Assembly: GCA_015680685.1 (NCBI GenBank)
Contig: MNCI01002011.1
Coordinates: 380,307 to 444,306, forward strand
DNA length: 64,000 nt
Direction: 5' to 3'
From: Gnetum montanum
Taxonomy: Eukaryota; Plantae; Gnetophyta
A program made the translations under genes and the position numbers. This document shows, piece by piece, positions 24,601-37,366 of the stretch. The notes under the pieces are model-generated. The model ran no database searches and was not told the origin of the DNA. It saw nothing but the letters and a program-made list of their open reading frames with translations. How positions within the stretch are numbered: the first letter of the stretch is position 1; each line of letters begins with the position of its first letter.

Positions 24601-27600
24601 AACATCTCAAGTAAGATAATAGGAAAACTGAATAACCACAATAAAACTATCATAACTCACACATGCCTACGAATTTACTCTTAATTAATGATTCCATTGA
24701 AAGATAATATCCATAGCTAGTGACTGTAAAAATATTTAAACAATTACAAATTCATAGCAATAGATATCAATCCAACATTATAGGTAATTAGAAACAGAGA
24801 TAAAATGAGTGACTAATAATAAATCTCATATAACTCTATCAAACGACCATCTTTTTAACTCGTTCCACTCTGGTTGGAAATATAACATCCACGTCTAAGT
24901 CTCACAAAAATTTTAGAAGAAATTGAGCTACAAATATGGAGATATTAATAGATGAATCTCTTTGTGAGATTTCTATGTAAATTCAGAAAAATTCAAACAA
25001 TCCCCAAAGATAGAATCATAACTCTAACCACACATAATAATTTTTAGTGCTTCCACTTAGATCTACATGGTATATATGTTGTAAGTATCATATTAAAATT
25101 TTAGAATCAACGATGCAATCAAAACAGACATATATCCTCAACTCTAGACCCTACCAAAATTGCTATGATTTTGGACAATGTTGGAAAAAAATATGTAGTG
25201 CCTTATCTACAATAAATTACAATAAGATTCCTCATTAAATTTGTAGATAATTTCTTAATGAATCCAACAATAGGTAGATTGCAACTAGATTCTAAATACA
25301 GAGAGAGATATAGGCATTTTACTAAGCCCTATGCGAATCATCCTAAACCCTCAAGAGGCAAAGTTCATTGATGAGTGGTTAGGCACCCATACACTCAACC
25401 ATACGAATATGAGCGTTCATGCACGATCTAGTTGAACTCTGCAGATGGACTAGTTGTGGTATCCAGATGGTTACACGTTGATCGCAGTTCGCTATCTTCC
25501 CACCTGGACTAGTATTTACTTGGTCATGTATGGTTTAGTCCAAAGTGATGCGAATGATATGGTCCTAAACTAGTGCTACTCCTAGAGACAATGGAAAATA
25601 AACTTGTTGTAAGCTAACAGGTGATGAGAAGAAAAATCTAAACTAGCCTAAGTGCGATGAGCATCCGTCGTTAATCATCCATACACATCTTGAACCTCAT
25701 GTATTACTTCTAAGATTACTAAGTGCACATTACTTAAGCACTTCTAAATACGCTATTGGGTTACCAAGTGGTTACACTTAAATGTTCATGATTAAGTCGT
25801 ACTCATTCCACATTTAACAACAAGAATTGTAAATGATGGTAAAGAAATATTAATTAAGAAAACAATAAATAACAATAACAATTAAATGATTAAAAACTAA
25901 GTGAATGCTACAATGATGGAGTAATCTTGATCTTTATTATCGATCATGTGTGTGTCCAAGTACGTCACACTCGAATAAAGGTTCCGTACAATTACAATAA
26001 TCACACTACGGGCATGCACTAGGGAAAGAATAGAAATTAATTAAAAATTGATAAAAAGATTCTACTCTATACTTGGAAAAATTCCCCCCCCCCTGTTCTT
26101 ATGCACCCAAATGTGTATTTCTAGGCTTACACAAGAATCACGATATCATGTATTTGATATCATTGCCCAGGCCGCAATATTGCATACTTGATATCGAGGA
26201 TCTGATATCGAGGCTTGGCAAAACATAATTCATCATATCTCCACGATTGAATAACAACTTGTCCTCAAGTTAGACAAAATGAGAACGAGTTCGATTGATT
26301 ACACAGTGGATAGGTATGGGATTATTGACTAACTAAGAATTACTCATGCCACAGTGTGGAATTGAACAAAACAAAATTTGGAAAAAGACACAAAATACAA
26401 AACTTGTGGAACTCATGTGGTTCTCGGTGGTGGTGGCTCCTCCATGGTTGCCTTTTCTTTGTCCTGCACTCCAAGCTTCTGAGATTGATACTCTTGAAGA
26501 AGTGCCTGAAGTTTCTCCTCTTCTGTTTGAGGATCATCAATCGTCCATGCTGATGTTCCAATGTTTGATGGAGTCAGCACTTTCCATGGACATAGTAGCT
26601 GCAGGAACACTTGATTGGCCTTGACATACTATGTCACAAATAGCCGTCATTCCTCTTCATAGGCTCTAGCCTTGACCTCTCCACCTTCTACTTGGCCAAA
26701 TTGTTTAGTGATAGGAGTTTCGTGATGGATGCTGAATGATTATGCCTCCCACTTTGCATGTTTTGCATGAGGTCCTTAGTCTCTACCTCCTCTCAGGCAT
26801 TTAATTGCACCTTTAGATGGTCCTCCTTGCTGTCCTCTTTTAGAGGCCATCTATAATCACACAAGGACCGATTGTTAGTAAGGTTGTTTAAAGAAATTTG
26901 GTTATCTTATGCCTTACTCATTACCTTTAATAAATGCATAATTCATTGCTTAGTGTGATTCTAGAGTTAGAAAAAAAATTTCTTTTCAAGGAAATTGTCC
27001 TAAAAGTTTAATGTCGAACCTGATCTGTTTAGGTGACACATAAAAGGACATATAATGGTTTTGAGGAACGTTTGCTAAAATGATGACAAAGAAAAGAATA
27101 GATTTGGCAAGGGAGTACTTGGAGGGTATAAAATGATGTGGTGGTGTGCAACAAGTACAAATTACAAAAGTCACGCAAGTGGGTCCCCCCCAAAGTAGGT
27201 TCCAACCTATAATGTCCTTGCGTAACCACACCTTAAAATGCCCGTAGGCACTAAAAGGGTTCAATGTAATCCGTACCAGTGTAACAAAACACACACACAT
27301 GTAAATACCGCCGTGATGAGGTATGAGTTCGATGCTACACAAGACACAAGTCAAAAATTCATGAACAGCGAGATGAGGCGAATTGTAGAAGGGATTGTAG
27401 AGATCGGGACATGAGGTAACTGACCCAGGGCACAGTAAATCCTGAGTGTAGGGTGTAATTAATGTGTCATTAGCCTATCGCTCCAAAATTAAGACCAAGT
27501 CCATTCCTCCTATCAGTGACATCGCATTGTTTTATCCAATGATGGGCACCCATAAGAGCACCATGATAGCAAGGCATATGATCACTTGGCGTTTTGTCCA

Positions 27601-27631
27601 AGGGAGGAGTGATTTGAAATTTCTTTGTGGA

Positions 27632-27663
<32 letters not shown>

Positions 27664-28211
27664 TATTTTTTCCTTGATCTTTTCTTGTGTTGTTCTCTTT
27701 CTTTCCTTTTTTTTCTAGCCGCTTTGGCACTTTGTCCTTTCCAATAGTGAACCAGAGAAGCTACCAACCTTCAAGCATGGGACCCCCTGAATAGCATTGA
27801 GTTTCTTTATTAAGTGCCTTTATTACTCTTACTCCCATTTTTCGTTAGATCTACAAGGATCTTAGTACAACCAGGTTGCATGATAACACCTATAGATGTC
27901 ACCAAACAGAATTCACAAGTTCCCTTGATGTCACACCCTGGCTATTCCCTCTTAGTCCATCATTTTTCACTTTGGGTATAATGAGCACAAAATTACTTTT
28001 AAGTTTTCATGATGATAAGAATATCATCGTGAGTAGAACCTGTTATTAATAGAATGGTTGGGTGGATGTGGTGGGCTTGCTATCCAAATAATTAGTCACC
28101 TGAGACTTGATAGCATAAAACAACACCTCAGCCAATGAGTCACATGAGTGTTTTATTCAACAATGAGATTACCCATAAAAAGATAAAAAGATGAAATAAT
28201 AAATAATAAAT

Positions 28212-29097
28212 TGATGAGCGGCTAGGTATCCCTACGCCCAACCATACGAATACGAGCGTTCACGCATGATCCGATCGAACTCCGTGGACAAGCTAGTTGT
28301 GGTATCTAGATCATTACATGTTGATCGTAGTTTGCTGTCATCCCACCTGGACTAGTATTTGCTTTGTCACGTATGGTTTAGTCCAGAGTGAGGCGTATGA
28401 TGTGATCCTAAACTAATGCTACTCCTAGAGACGATGGAGGATAATCTTGATTAAACTAATGAGCAATAGGAAATGAGTCTAAGCTAGCCTAAGTGCGATG
28501 AGCATCCATTCCTTAATCATCCGTACACATCTTGGACCTCATGCACGCTCTTGAGGAGGGCGCTCTCAGCGAGAACGCTCTCAAGGATTACCAAGCGCAG
28601 ATCCTAGGTACACTGCCGGGTTACTAAGTAGTCACACTTAAATGCTCATGATTAAGTCGTACTCATTCCACATTTAACAACAAGAATAGTAAATGATGAT
28701 AAATAAATATTAACTAAGAAAGCAATAAATAACAATAACAATTAACAATTAAAGTAGACAATTAAAACTAAGTGAATGCTGCAATGATGAAGGAATCTTG
28801 ATCTTTATTTTTGGTCATGTGCGCGTCCAAGTACGTCACACTCGAATAAAGGTGTCGTACAATTACAAACATCACACTGCGGGCATGCACTGGGAAAATA
28901 ATCTAACTTCTATGGAAATAAACTAAAAGAGTTTAGCTACAAATGACAAAAAGATTCCTAAATGAGGAGGAGGGCCCTCTTATTTATAGGCTGGGATAGG
29001 CGGCCGCGTAAATGCGGTCGCGGCATCGACGAGGCAGCATATACGGGGCTACGTATATGTGGCCCAGTTGACTCATCGACTGATTAGCACTTCATCA
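28212..29097 (-). mobile_element. Athila-type solo LTR, TSD TAAAT
   Basis: TGATGAG...TTCATCA; TAAAT at 28207-28211 and 29098-29102. Confidence 0.92.
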
Positions 29098-30411
29098 TAA
29101 ATAAAACAACAAATTGAAAGATGAAAAATTGGAAAACAAAAAATTGTAAAATTGAAGTAAAGGAAAAACATTTATTAATTTTTCTTGTTAGAATGGAGGA
29201 TATCCCCCATAACTAAAGTTTTGATCATGGCAAGAATTAATAAATGGAAGGTTTGGATCCATGCATTTTGGAAATATTGGGACCTAGTCATATCCAAACC
29301 ATTGGGTGTCTTTTGATGTGGTGGTTGGAATGTACCCAATTTGGGGTTCACACACTTGATTAAAGTTAGCATAGTGGGGCAAATTATAAGATGTAGTTAA
29401 TTGATAAGGAGTTGACCCACTGTGGCACTCGTGACTGTAAGATGGTATGTAAGGGTCAATATGTCTTCCTATGTGGTTATATTCATTGGGCAGCATGGTA
29501 GTTGGAGTATTGATTGATGGCCTTAATAAGGTAATAGGAGGCGTTAAGTTCAAGGCGAAAGATGCATCACAGTGTTGAACTTGTGCTGAGTTGAAGGATG
29601 CAGTGGTTTAAGAACTATGTTATCTTTTTCTACGGTCATGCCTAAAGAAATGACACTTTCGATGTTGTGGAGGATTCCCACTGCGGTTGATAGTAGCAGC
29701 ACAAGTAACATTCGTGGGTTGATGCTATAGTGCAAACCCTTCTAGCACAACTGGTGGTGATGTAGAAGGAGGTGAAGGATGAGAACATTAAGGGCAAGAA
29801 GAAGTGAAAGGCACATAAGGTGGTGATCTTGTTGGAGAGGTCATGGATGATTAGTACTTGAGAGAATGATAACGATGAGGTGAAGTAGAGGATGTTGATC
29901 CAGTTGGAGAAACAGGGTGTTGAACATAATGAATGTTTGGCATTGGGACATATGAAGGGTATGGTTGATTTGGCAGTGGCCTCCTCCACGACTAGGGTTT
30001 TTGCCACTGTGGTTGAATACGGTATTTTTGTACGAAGTCTAGATGTAACATTCCTCTCCAATGCTAACGTAAATGTGACAATATTGGGCATTGACCTTTG
30101 AAGTGATCGTACAAGCAAACATTACATTGATACGTATGATTGACAATTGAGTTCCTATTCATATTGTCTTCAACCCTTCGTTCTGATTGTTGCCTGGTGT
30201 CTTATCCTATTTCTTGATTTGGCATAGTTCTACCTATAATAGTGTTGGCATGTTCTTCACATCTTTCATGTATCCATTCCTTCATCTTATTGATCTTTGC
30301 CTCAATTTCATCTAGTGATTGTAGTATTGGAAAAGATGATTCCACCTCCTTGAAGTGAGTTGATTTCTCCTCTTCATGATTATGGACCTTTCCTATTTCG
30401 AGATTTTTGTC

Positions 30412-30950
30412 CTATTGAGAGCTTTCAACATTCTCCCATTTAGCCATTTCTCCTTCTTCTTTTACTACCCACTTAAGAAGCTCTTGGAATTGGTGGGTTT
30501 GTAGCTCGTATAGTTGATCTCGGGCATACATCCCTAAGGTCTCCCTTGTTTCATTATGCAGCCCATCCATAATGTGGTACATTAGCCTTTCCTTGGAGAA
30601 TCCATGGCATGGGTAGTTGTTTAACAATGAATAGTATCTTTCTAAGGCCATGTCTAAGGGTTCATGCTACCCCTGTTTCCATTCTTGGATTTGTCTCCTC
30701 AAGGCTAACACCCTTGCATAGGTTTAATATCTTTCATTGAAGAGTCGTCGAATTGATTTTGGTCTTAAGGACCTATACCATACTTTTGCTTGGCCAATGA
30801 GTGTCGTAGGAAAGAGCTTAAAATTTTGCCACCCATTATCAATATTGTTCCATACATAGGCATCATGGAAGGCTTGTAAATGATGTTGCGGATCTAAATC
30901 ATAGCCTCTTGAAAACTTGGGAAAGTTGTTTAAATCAAGCCTAGGTAGAC
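30412..30950 (-). pseudogene. Retrotransposon gag remnant
   Basis: FPKFSRGYDLDPQHHLQAFHD...FKLFPTTLIGQAKVWYRSLRPKSI, then YYSLLNNYPCHGFSKERLMYHIMDGL; typical Athila gag motifs, disrupted. Confidence 0.8.
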
Positions 30951-33011
30951 AGCTTTCCTTTCGATGCTTGCGGGATATTCGAACAGCCTCTTGTATATGC
31001 GTTAGGCTTGTAGTGGCAAGCAGGGGTTCATCGTCACTAGGTAGGTTATGAATTTGTGAGTTAGAATGATGTTGTCTTCATTTATGTACATAGGGGACCC
31101 TTGCATAAGATTGAGTACTCCAAACTTTGTCATCATCATCATATAATTCGTTGGTTCTCAAATGAATTGCCTTACTAGTTGTTGCATTATCATAGTCTTG
31201 CGAGACAGGCATTGTTGTGAATTTATGTGTGACTTATTTGCAATTACTTCTTCCTGAAAGATATATCATCAAGGCTTTGTTATAGTGATCTTGGATGGTG
31301 CAACTAATCTAAACAACTAGCACCGTCCCCAGCAACAGCGCCAATGATGAGTGGTTAGGTACCCCTACACTCAACCATACAAATACAAGCGTTCACGCAT
31401 GATTCGGTCAAACTCCACAGACAAACTAGTTGTGGTATCCAGATGGTTACACGTTGATCGCAATTCGCTATCTTCCCACCTGAACTAGTATTTACTTGGT
31501 CACATATGGTTTAGTCCAAAGTGAGGTGAATGATGTGGTCCTAAACCAGTGCTACTCCTAGGGACAATGGAAAATAAACTTGTTGTAAGCTAATAGGTGA
31601 TGAGAAGCAAAATCTAAATTAGCCTAAGTGCGATGCGCATCCATCCTTAATCATCTGTATGCATCTTGGACCTCATGTACTACTTCTGGGATTACCAAGT
31701 GCACATTACTTAAGCACTCCTAAATATGCTATTGGGTTACCAAGTAGTTACACTTAAATGTTCATGATTAAGTCGTACTCATTTTGCATTTAACAACAAG
31801 AATAGTAAATGACAGTAAATAAATATTAATTAAGAAAACAATAAATAACAATAACAATTAAACGATTAAAAACTAAGTGAATGCTGCAATGATGGAGTAA
31901 TCTCGATCTTTATTGTCGATCATGTGCGTGTCCAAGTAAGTCACACTCGAATAAAGGTTCCATACAATTACAATCATCACACTATGGACATGCACTGGGG
32001 AAAGAATTAAAATTAATTGAAAACTGACAAAAAGATTCTACTCTATACTTGGAAAAAATCCCCCCCCCCCTTCCTTAGTTCCTATGTGCCCAAATGTGTA
32101 TTTATAGGCTTACACAGGAATCACGATATCGTGTATTCGATATTATTGCCTAGGCTGCGATATTGCGTACTTGATATTGGGGCCTAGCAAAACACGATTC
32201 ATCATTCATAAAAAGTACTTTAAATTAGGAAAAATTGACAAATCTAGCGATGAAAATTTAGATTCAAAACATGGCAGAAATACCCATTCCAAATATGCCA
32301 AATCTACAAGATTTTCCCTTAATTAAAACAAAACCCAACCCTAATCTATGCAAAACTTGGTGAACTGAAACAACCATGAAAAGGAGGCCAAGATTACTCA
32401 CTTGGAATGTTGCTAGCTTTTGTTACTTGAGTCTTCCTACATGCTCCCTAAACTAGCAAGCTCCTCACACTCATCCAACCTAATAGCCCTCCAACCCAAG
32501 AGCCAAGAGGTTAAAGAAGTGTGTGGTACTTAAAGGCTTCTTCCCTACTCCATCTATTCCCAACCCATGTGACTTAGCTACCCTCTCTCATCTACCTCCA
32601 AGACCCATGTGACTCATCTACCTTTCTTCTCTTTAATCTAAGCCATAATAAAGTTAAAATTAAAATTACAAATTACATGGATAAATCACATGGCATGCCA
32701 TTATAGCCACACCATGCCCATGCCATAGCCTTCATTAGAACTTGCTACAACTCATTCACCTAGTTAGTGTAAAAATCATTAATCATGCATAATGGTAAAA
32801 TTAAGTAAACATGAGTAATACAAATTTATCATGTGTTAAGAAAAATTAAATATGCATAAAAATTAATATTAATATTATTAACCATCTTAAATCATTTTGC
32901 ATACAAGGAAAAAGGTTATTAACCTTTACTAAAATATGGGTTGTTACACCTTTTCCACCATGCATATCCATGTATGGTACTATGCATCATGTATGTATCA
33001 TTATTCCTCAT

Positions 33012-33881
33012 TGATAAAACATTATTGTAAAGGACTACAGTATTGTATCTACAAAATCGTAGATGTTATATTGTAGCCCAACATATGTCATCATAGATAC
33101 AATGTAGTGAGCCATGGTCATTCCTATAAGTATGAGCCCACCATCACTTCAAAATTAAGTTTAAATCTAACACTTAGTGAAATTCTTGTAGTTTGTTTTT
33201 TAAAGTTAGAGTTAGTGTGAATGCTTGTAGTGTGGTGAATTATAGTTGTACAGAATTTTTATTCGAGTGGATTGTTCCTACATACAACTCATGAACAACA
33301 ATAAAGATCAAGATTGTTCTTCATCATTGCAGCATATCACTTAGAATAGATTTACTTTTCTATGTTGTTTATGTTCACTCAATCATGTACATTTCCTAAG
33401 CCATTTAATATTCCAATGTTCATTAGTAAAGCAGAACAAGTACAGTTTGTTTCAAGTGTAAAGTGTAATGTTTGGTAACCTAGTAAAGACTTTTCTTGAT
33501 TCACTTAGTAGTAAAGTACTTGGTAATCCTAGTAATAGTTACATCAACTTGGGACGTGTACGAAAACCAGGATTGGATACTTATCATCATAGGATAGAAT
33601 AGCTTTAGATTTTCATTGTACTTAGAAATAAAATCTACATTCACTTTCACCATGTTTACACTCAGCATGCTTAAAGCCAATCAACATCATTTTATCGTAT
33701 ACCTCACTAAGATTTAAGCCATACATTTTGCACGTTGCTAACTCTAAGTGAAAGAAAATGACCACGAACTCACCATTAACTCACTAGTATACTTACATTG
33801 TCCATCCATGGATTACAATTTTTCCACACATGAACACTTGTGACTTGCATGGAAAGTGTTGGAATACCCTCACACTCATTA
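33012..33881 (+). mobile_element. Old, diverged Athila-type solo LTR, TSD CTCAT/TTCAT
   Basis: TGATAA...CTCATTA ends; retains the TTTATTCGAG...AATAAAGATCAAGATT...CATCATTGCAGCA core and CTTGGTAA repeats. Confidence 0.7.
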
Positions 33882-34090
33882 TTCATCGTGTGACTTGCAT
33901 TGTGTATGTATCATTATTCATCGTGAAGGCTTGGCATGTTGAAAAATTCTAAGTGTATCTTTGTACCAATAGTTTAAAAGTGGAAAAAAGTTTTAACCCT
34001 TAACCTCTTGCTTGAGGTTTGAAATGCATACTATTTGGTTGGAAATGAAATCACTTTTTATTTTATTTAAACAAATGTTATTGGGTCCCA

Positions 34091-34118
34091 CCCTTGCAAG
34101 TCAAGGGGAGGAGCCTAG
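34091..34118 (+). mobile_element. Probable Helitron 3' terminus
   Basis: Hairpin CCCTTG-CAAGT-CAAGGG, 7 nt, then CTAG followed by T; 5' end not located. Confidence 0.5.
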
Positions 34119-35660
34119 TTATCCAAAATGCATGAACTACCACATAGGACAAGCATAATAGTAACCAAAGCACTTAAAGGTTGATATGTAATTGAGAATT
34201 CACTAAATGCAGAAAGCATCCTTGTGGATGACGTGTCAACATGATGTTTTACATCTGCGAAAGGAACCTTTGGATTAGCATGGGATAATTGACAAAATGC
34301 TTTAGCATATTGACTACAAATAAGATTCCATGCGCCATCAACCGAGCTTGGCCACCACGTTCAACTTCACTCTTCAATGACGATATATCTCCGTCATCAA
34401 AAACCATCTCGGCTGAAGCAGCAAATTGCGTGATGGATTGCAAGACAAAGTACTGTATTTTTATTTTAATAATTCGTTGCATGGACTTGCATGCCTGGTG
34501 ATGCAAATATATCGTCACCTGCGTAGTAAAATCGAATACCTCGTGAATTTATATAATGCAGCTTTAGTTGCCGGGTTTTAGCTCGCCAATGGCGTTAGGC
34601 AGCCGATTGGTTAGCCGTTTGACCTGACAATGCAAATGTGGCGTTTTGCCAGCGGCTGAAATTTATGCAAAAGTAAATCAGCGTAAAGCGACATTTATTA
34701 GGCCTGTTTCTTTCCAGGCAGCATCGAAATTTTCAGTGTAGAAGCAATGACCTGAATGGAAGTGTATCCAGGTGGAGCACTTCACGTGTGTTGTGAATCA
34801 TGTCCAGATATGCAACGCTGTTATATTCTGCCAATCTGCGACTGGTATGTATGCGTGATTTCTCACGATTTGTCCAAGGCGGAACCACAGGTATCGAGTA
34901 TGCACACGCAACAATTGGATCCTTGATGGCGTTAAGGTTTTGAACAAGGAGCAGATCCTCTGCAGGGCAAGTATATCATCAAAGGGCTAAGGCTGAGCTT
35001 AGCATGCTTTAGAATCCGGTGGGCCTTAAAAGCAGCGTGTTTCTGGTCTGATACGCAGGGTTTTTGTCGGCGACATGCCTGTGGCGTGACGAGTAGTGTC
35101 ATCTGGTTATGCGTTCACACGGTAAATCGCAGAAACACAGCAAAGTTTAGGTTTCTCGTCCTCGCCTGCCGTCGCTTCTTCGAGTTCAGAGGCTTGTATC
35201 TTCCGCCCATATTGAAAGCTCTCCAACTGTAAATATCTCTCCGTGAGAGCTCTCTTGGCATACGCGCGCGATTTATACAATTTGGCAGCCCCGTCGGGCA
35301 ACGAATGGAGAGATCTGCGTGACATTCTTCTGCGCTGAAACGTTGCCATCATAGCGTCGCGCTTTGTATTGTCTGAATTGGCATTTGTGAAGTCATTTAA
35401 TCCGCATAGACATTTCAACAAAGGTAGACATGAAAATTTCGATTTCTCCATCATTTTCGTAAAAGAGGCGAAATTGTTGAATTATAGTTGAGGCGCCATT
35501 ATACTTTATGTTGTTGCAGAACGAAGAAGTTCCAGGCTTTGCATATTCTCCTTAGTAACGTTGGCTCGGCATTTAACGGTTCTGCGTATGTTCGCTTCGG
35601 AATCGATGTACGGTTCGTGACTTCGTTTGGCCCTTGCAACCTGTTATCTCTGCAACTTGG

Positions 35661-35878
35661 ATTTCCAAACCATTACAACCTCAGCAGTCTTGAAACGGCA
35701 TTATTTTTTCAGTTTCACATACGTATTTTCTGAAAATGAAACCCTACCATGCGATCTCCGTTTTGATATTCATTTCGAAACCATTAGGACCTCGGCAATC
35801 TTGAAACGACATTGTTTTTTGAGTTCGACATGCGTAGTTTCTGAAATTGAAAGCCTAACATGCGAAAGCCGTTTTGAC
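35661..35878. repeat. Diverged tandem duplication, 2 x ~110 bp, upstream of the kinase
   Basis: ATTTC.AAACCATTA..ACCTC.GCA.TCTTGAAACG.CATT...TCTGAAA.TGAAA.CCTA.CATGCGA...CCGTTTTGA occurs twice. Confidence 0.75.
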
Positions 35879-36061
35879 AGACAGAAGTAGCGGCAGCGGA
35901 CAACAAAAGATTCTGCAAATCCTGAAAGACGCTGGAAGGGATCAATGTCCAGAAACATGCACAAAGCTTCGCGGCGATTACAGCGCTCCCATGTCTGAGG
36001 AAGCCGGGCGATCCTCCACAATCCTTGGGGACGGCAAGCATGGCCTGAAACCCTGGGGAAC

Positions 36062-37366
36062 ATGTGCTTCAAACCCTCGGCCGCGGAGGTCGCGGAAACA
36101 CCGAGGGTTCACGCCAACAGATTCGGCGGCAGGGTCTTCCGAAACCCTGCCTCCGAGGGCTCCGGGAAGGGCGGTGCAGCCCAAGCCAGAAGCCGCAGCC
36201 GCAGCCGCAGCACAGCAACAGGCACGACGAGCACGGGAACGGGCCAGAGCGGGCAAGCCTCGAGTCAGCAGAGCAAAATCTCCAGCACAACAAGCACAAG
36301 CTCCTCCATCGCAAGCCTGCGCGAGCAGCTCCAGCCGGAGAACCCTAACCTCTACAAACTCCGCGAGATCGCAGAAGCCACGAAGCAATTCAAGGTCCGA
36401 AAGCTTGGCTCCTCGTCGTGGAAATGCACGCTGCGCGGCAAGCTCTCGGTGGTGACGGCGAGGACGATGCGGCGGCCTCTGGCGGAAGCGGAATTCAGAT
36501 CCTGTCTACGCCTCGTCTGCGCGGCGCACCACACCAGTCTGGTTCAATCCACGGGGGCCTGCTACGAACCAGAGCGTTCGGAGACGCTGTACCAGATCTA
36601 CGACTGCATCAACGGCAGCAGCCTCGCGGACTGCCTGCACGGCGGCCACGCGCCGGGCTACACGGCGCTGTCCACGTGGCTGTCGCGGATGCAGGTGGCC
36701 GTCGACGTGGCGCAGGGTCTGGAGTATCTGCACCACGACAGCAGCGTCGCGGACTACGTGCACAACGACGTCAAGCCCAGCGCCATTCTCGTCACGGAGC
36801 CCGCCTTCCGCGCCAGGCTCTGCCACGTCGGTCTCAGCTACCTCGCCGGCGAATACGAAACCGCTGGCGGTGGCGGCGGCGGCGGCGGTGGCGGTGGCGG
36901 TCTTGGGCGCAGCCACAGCTTCCGGATTGCCGGCACGCCGGGGTATATGCCGCCGGAGATGCAGCTCGACGGCCGAGTCACCCAGGCCGCCGACGTTTAC
37001 GCGTTCGGCGTCGTGCTGCTGGAGTTGCTTTCCGGGCGGCCGCCGGTGCGCTTTGTGTCGGAACGCGGTGGCCGCCAACGCCGGGAGGCCCTCGTGGACA
37101 CCGTCAAGCAAGTTCTGGACGGCGGCGGCGCGCTGAGGCAGTGGATAGACCCGCGGTTGAAGGACAGTTTTCCGGTGATGTGGGCCGAGCGCGTGGCGCG
37201 CATTGCGGCTGCCTGCGTGGACGCCGACCCCGCGCGGCGGCCGGATATGCGTTACGTGGCCGGCGAGATGTCGAAGGCGTTCCTCGAATCGCAGGAGTGG
37301 GCCCACAAGATGGAGCTCAATCGTGGTGCTGGCCTCAGCACCAGCATTGCGTTTCAGGGCCGCTAG
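36062..37366 (+). CDS. Receptor-like cytoplasmic pseudokinase resembling LysM-RLK kinase domains, no ectodomain or TM, intronless, 434 aa
   Basis: RLK/Pelle motifs LSTWLSRMQVAVDVAQGLEYLHH, HNDVKPSAIL, GTPGYMPPE, DVYAFGVVLLELLSG, WIDPRLKDSFP, CVDADPARRPDM; Ser/Thr-rich N-terminus; DFG replaced by HVG and no VAIK lysine. Confidence 0.92.
   Translation: MCFKPSAAEVAETPRVHANRFGGRVFRNPASEGSGKGGAAQARSRSRSRSTATGTTSTGTGQSGQASSQQSKISSTTSTSSSIASLREQLQPENPNLYKLREIAEATKQFKVRKLGSSSWKCTLRGKLSVVTARTMRRPLAEAEFRSCLRLVCAAHHTSLVQSTGACYEPERSETLYQIYDCINGSSLADCLHGGHAPGYTALSTWLSRMQVAVDVAQGLEYLHHDSSVADYVHNDVKPSAILVTEPAFRARLCHVGLSYLAGEYETAGGGGGGGGGGGGLGRSHSFRIAGTPGYMPPEMQLDGRVTQAADVYAFGVVLLELLSGRPPVRFVSERGGRQRREALVDTVKQVLDGGGALRQWIDPRLKDSFPVMWAERVARIAAACVDADPARRPDMRYVAGEMSKAFLESQEWAHKMELNRGAGLSTSIAFQGR

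Larger units (their letters stand above)
25369..32204 (-). mobile_element. Non-autonomous Athila-type element: 5' LTR 31345-32204, PBS ~31325-31343, gag remnant, internal PPT ~29201, 3' LTR 25369-26235, TSD TTCAT
   Basis: Two colinear LTRs; perfect TSD TTCAT; PBS TGGCGCTGTTGCTGGGGAC (Athila tRNA-Asp type); no RT or integrase motifs seen. Confidence 0.9.
22897..32948. mobile_element. Large Tekay/Del-like solo LTR (~3.2 kb) interrupted by an Athila-type element; TSD CCTTA/CCTTT
   Basis: TGTAACACCC at 22897 and GGGTTGTTACA ending 32948; near-perfect 5-bp TSD; no PBS or PPT adjacent. Confidence 0.7.
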
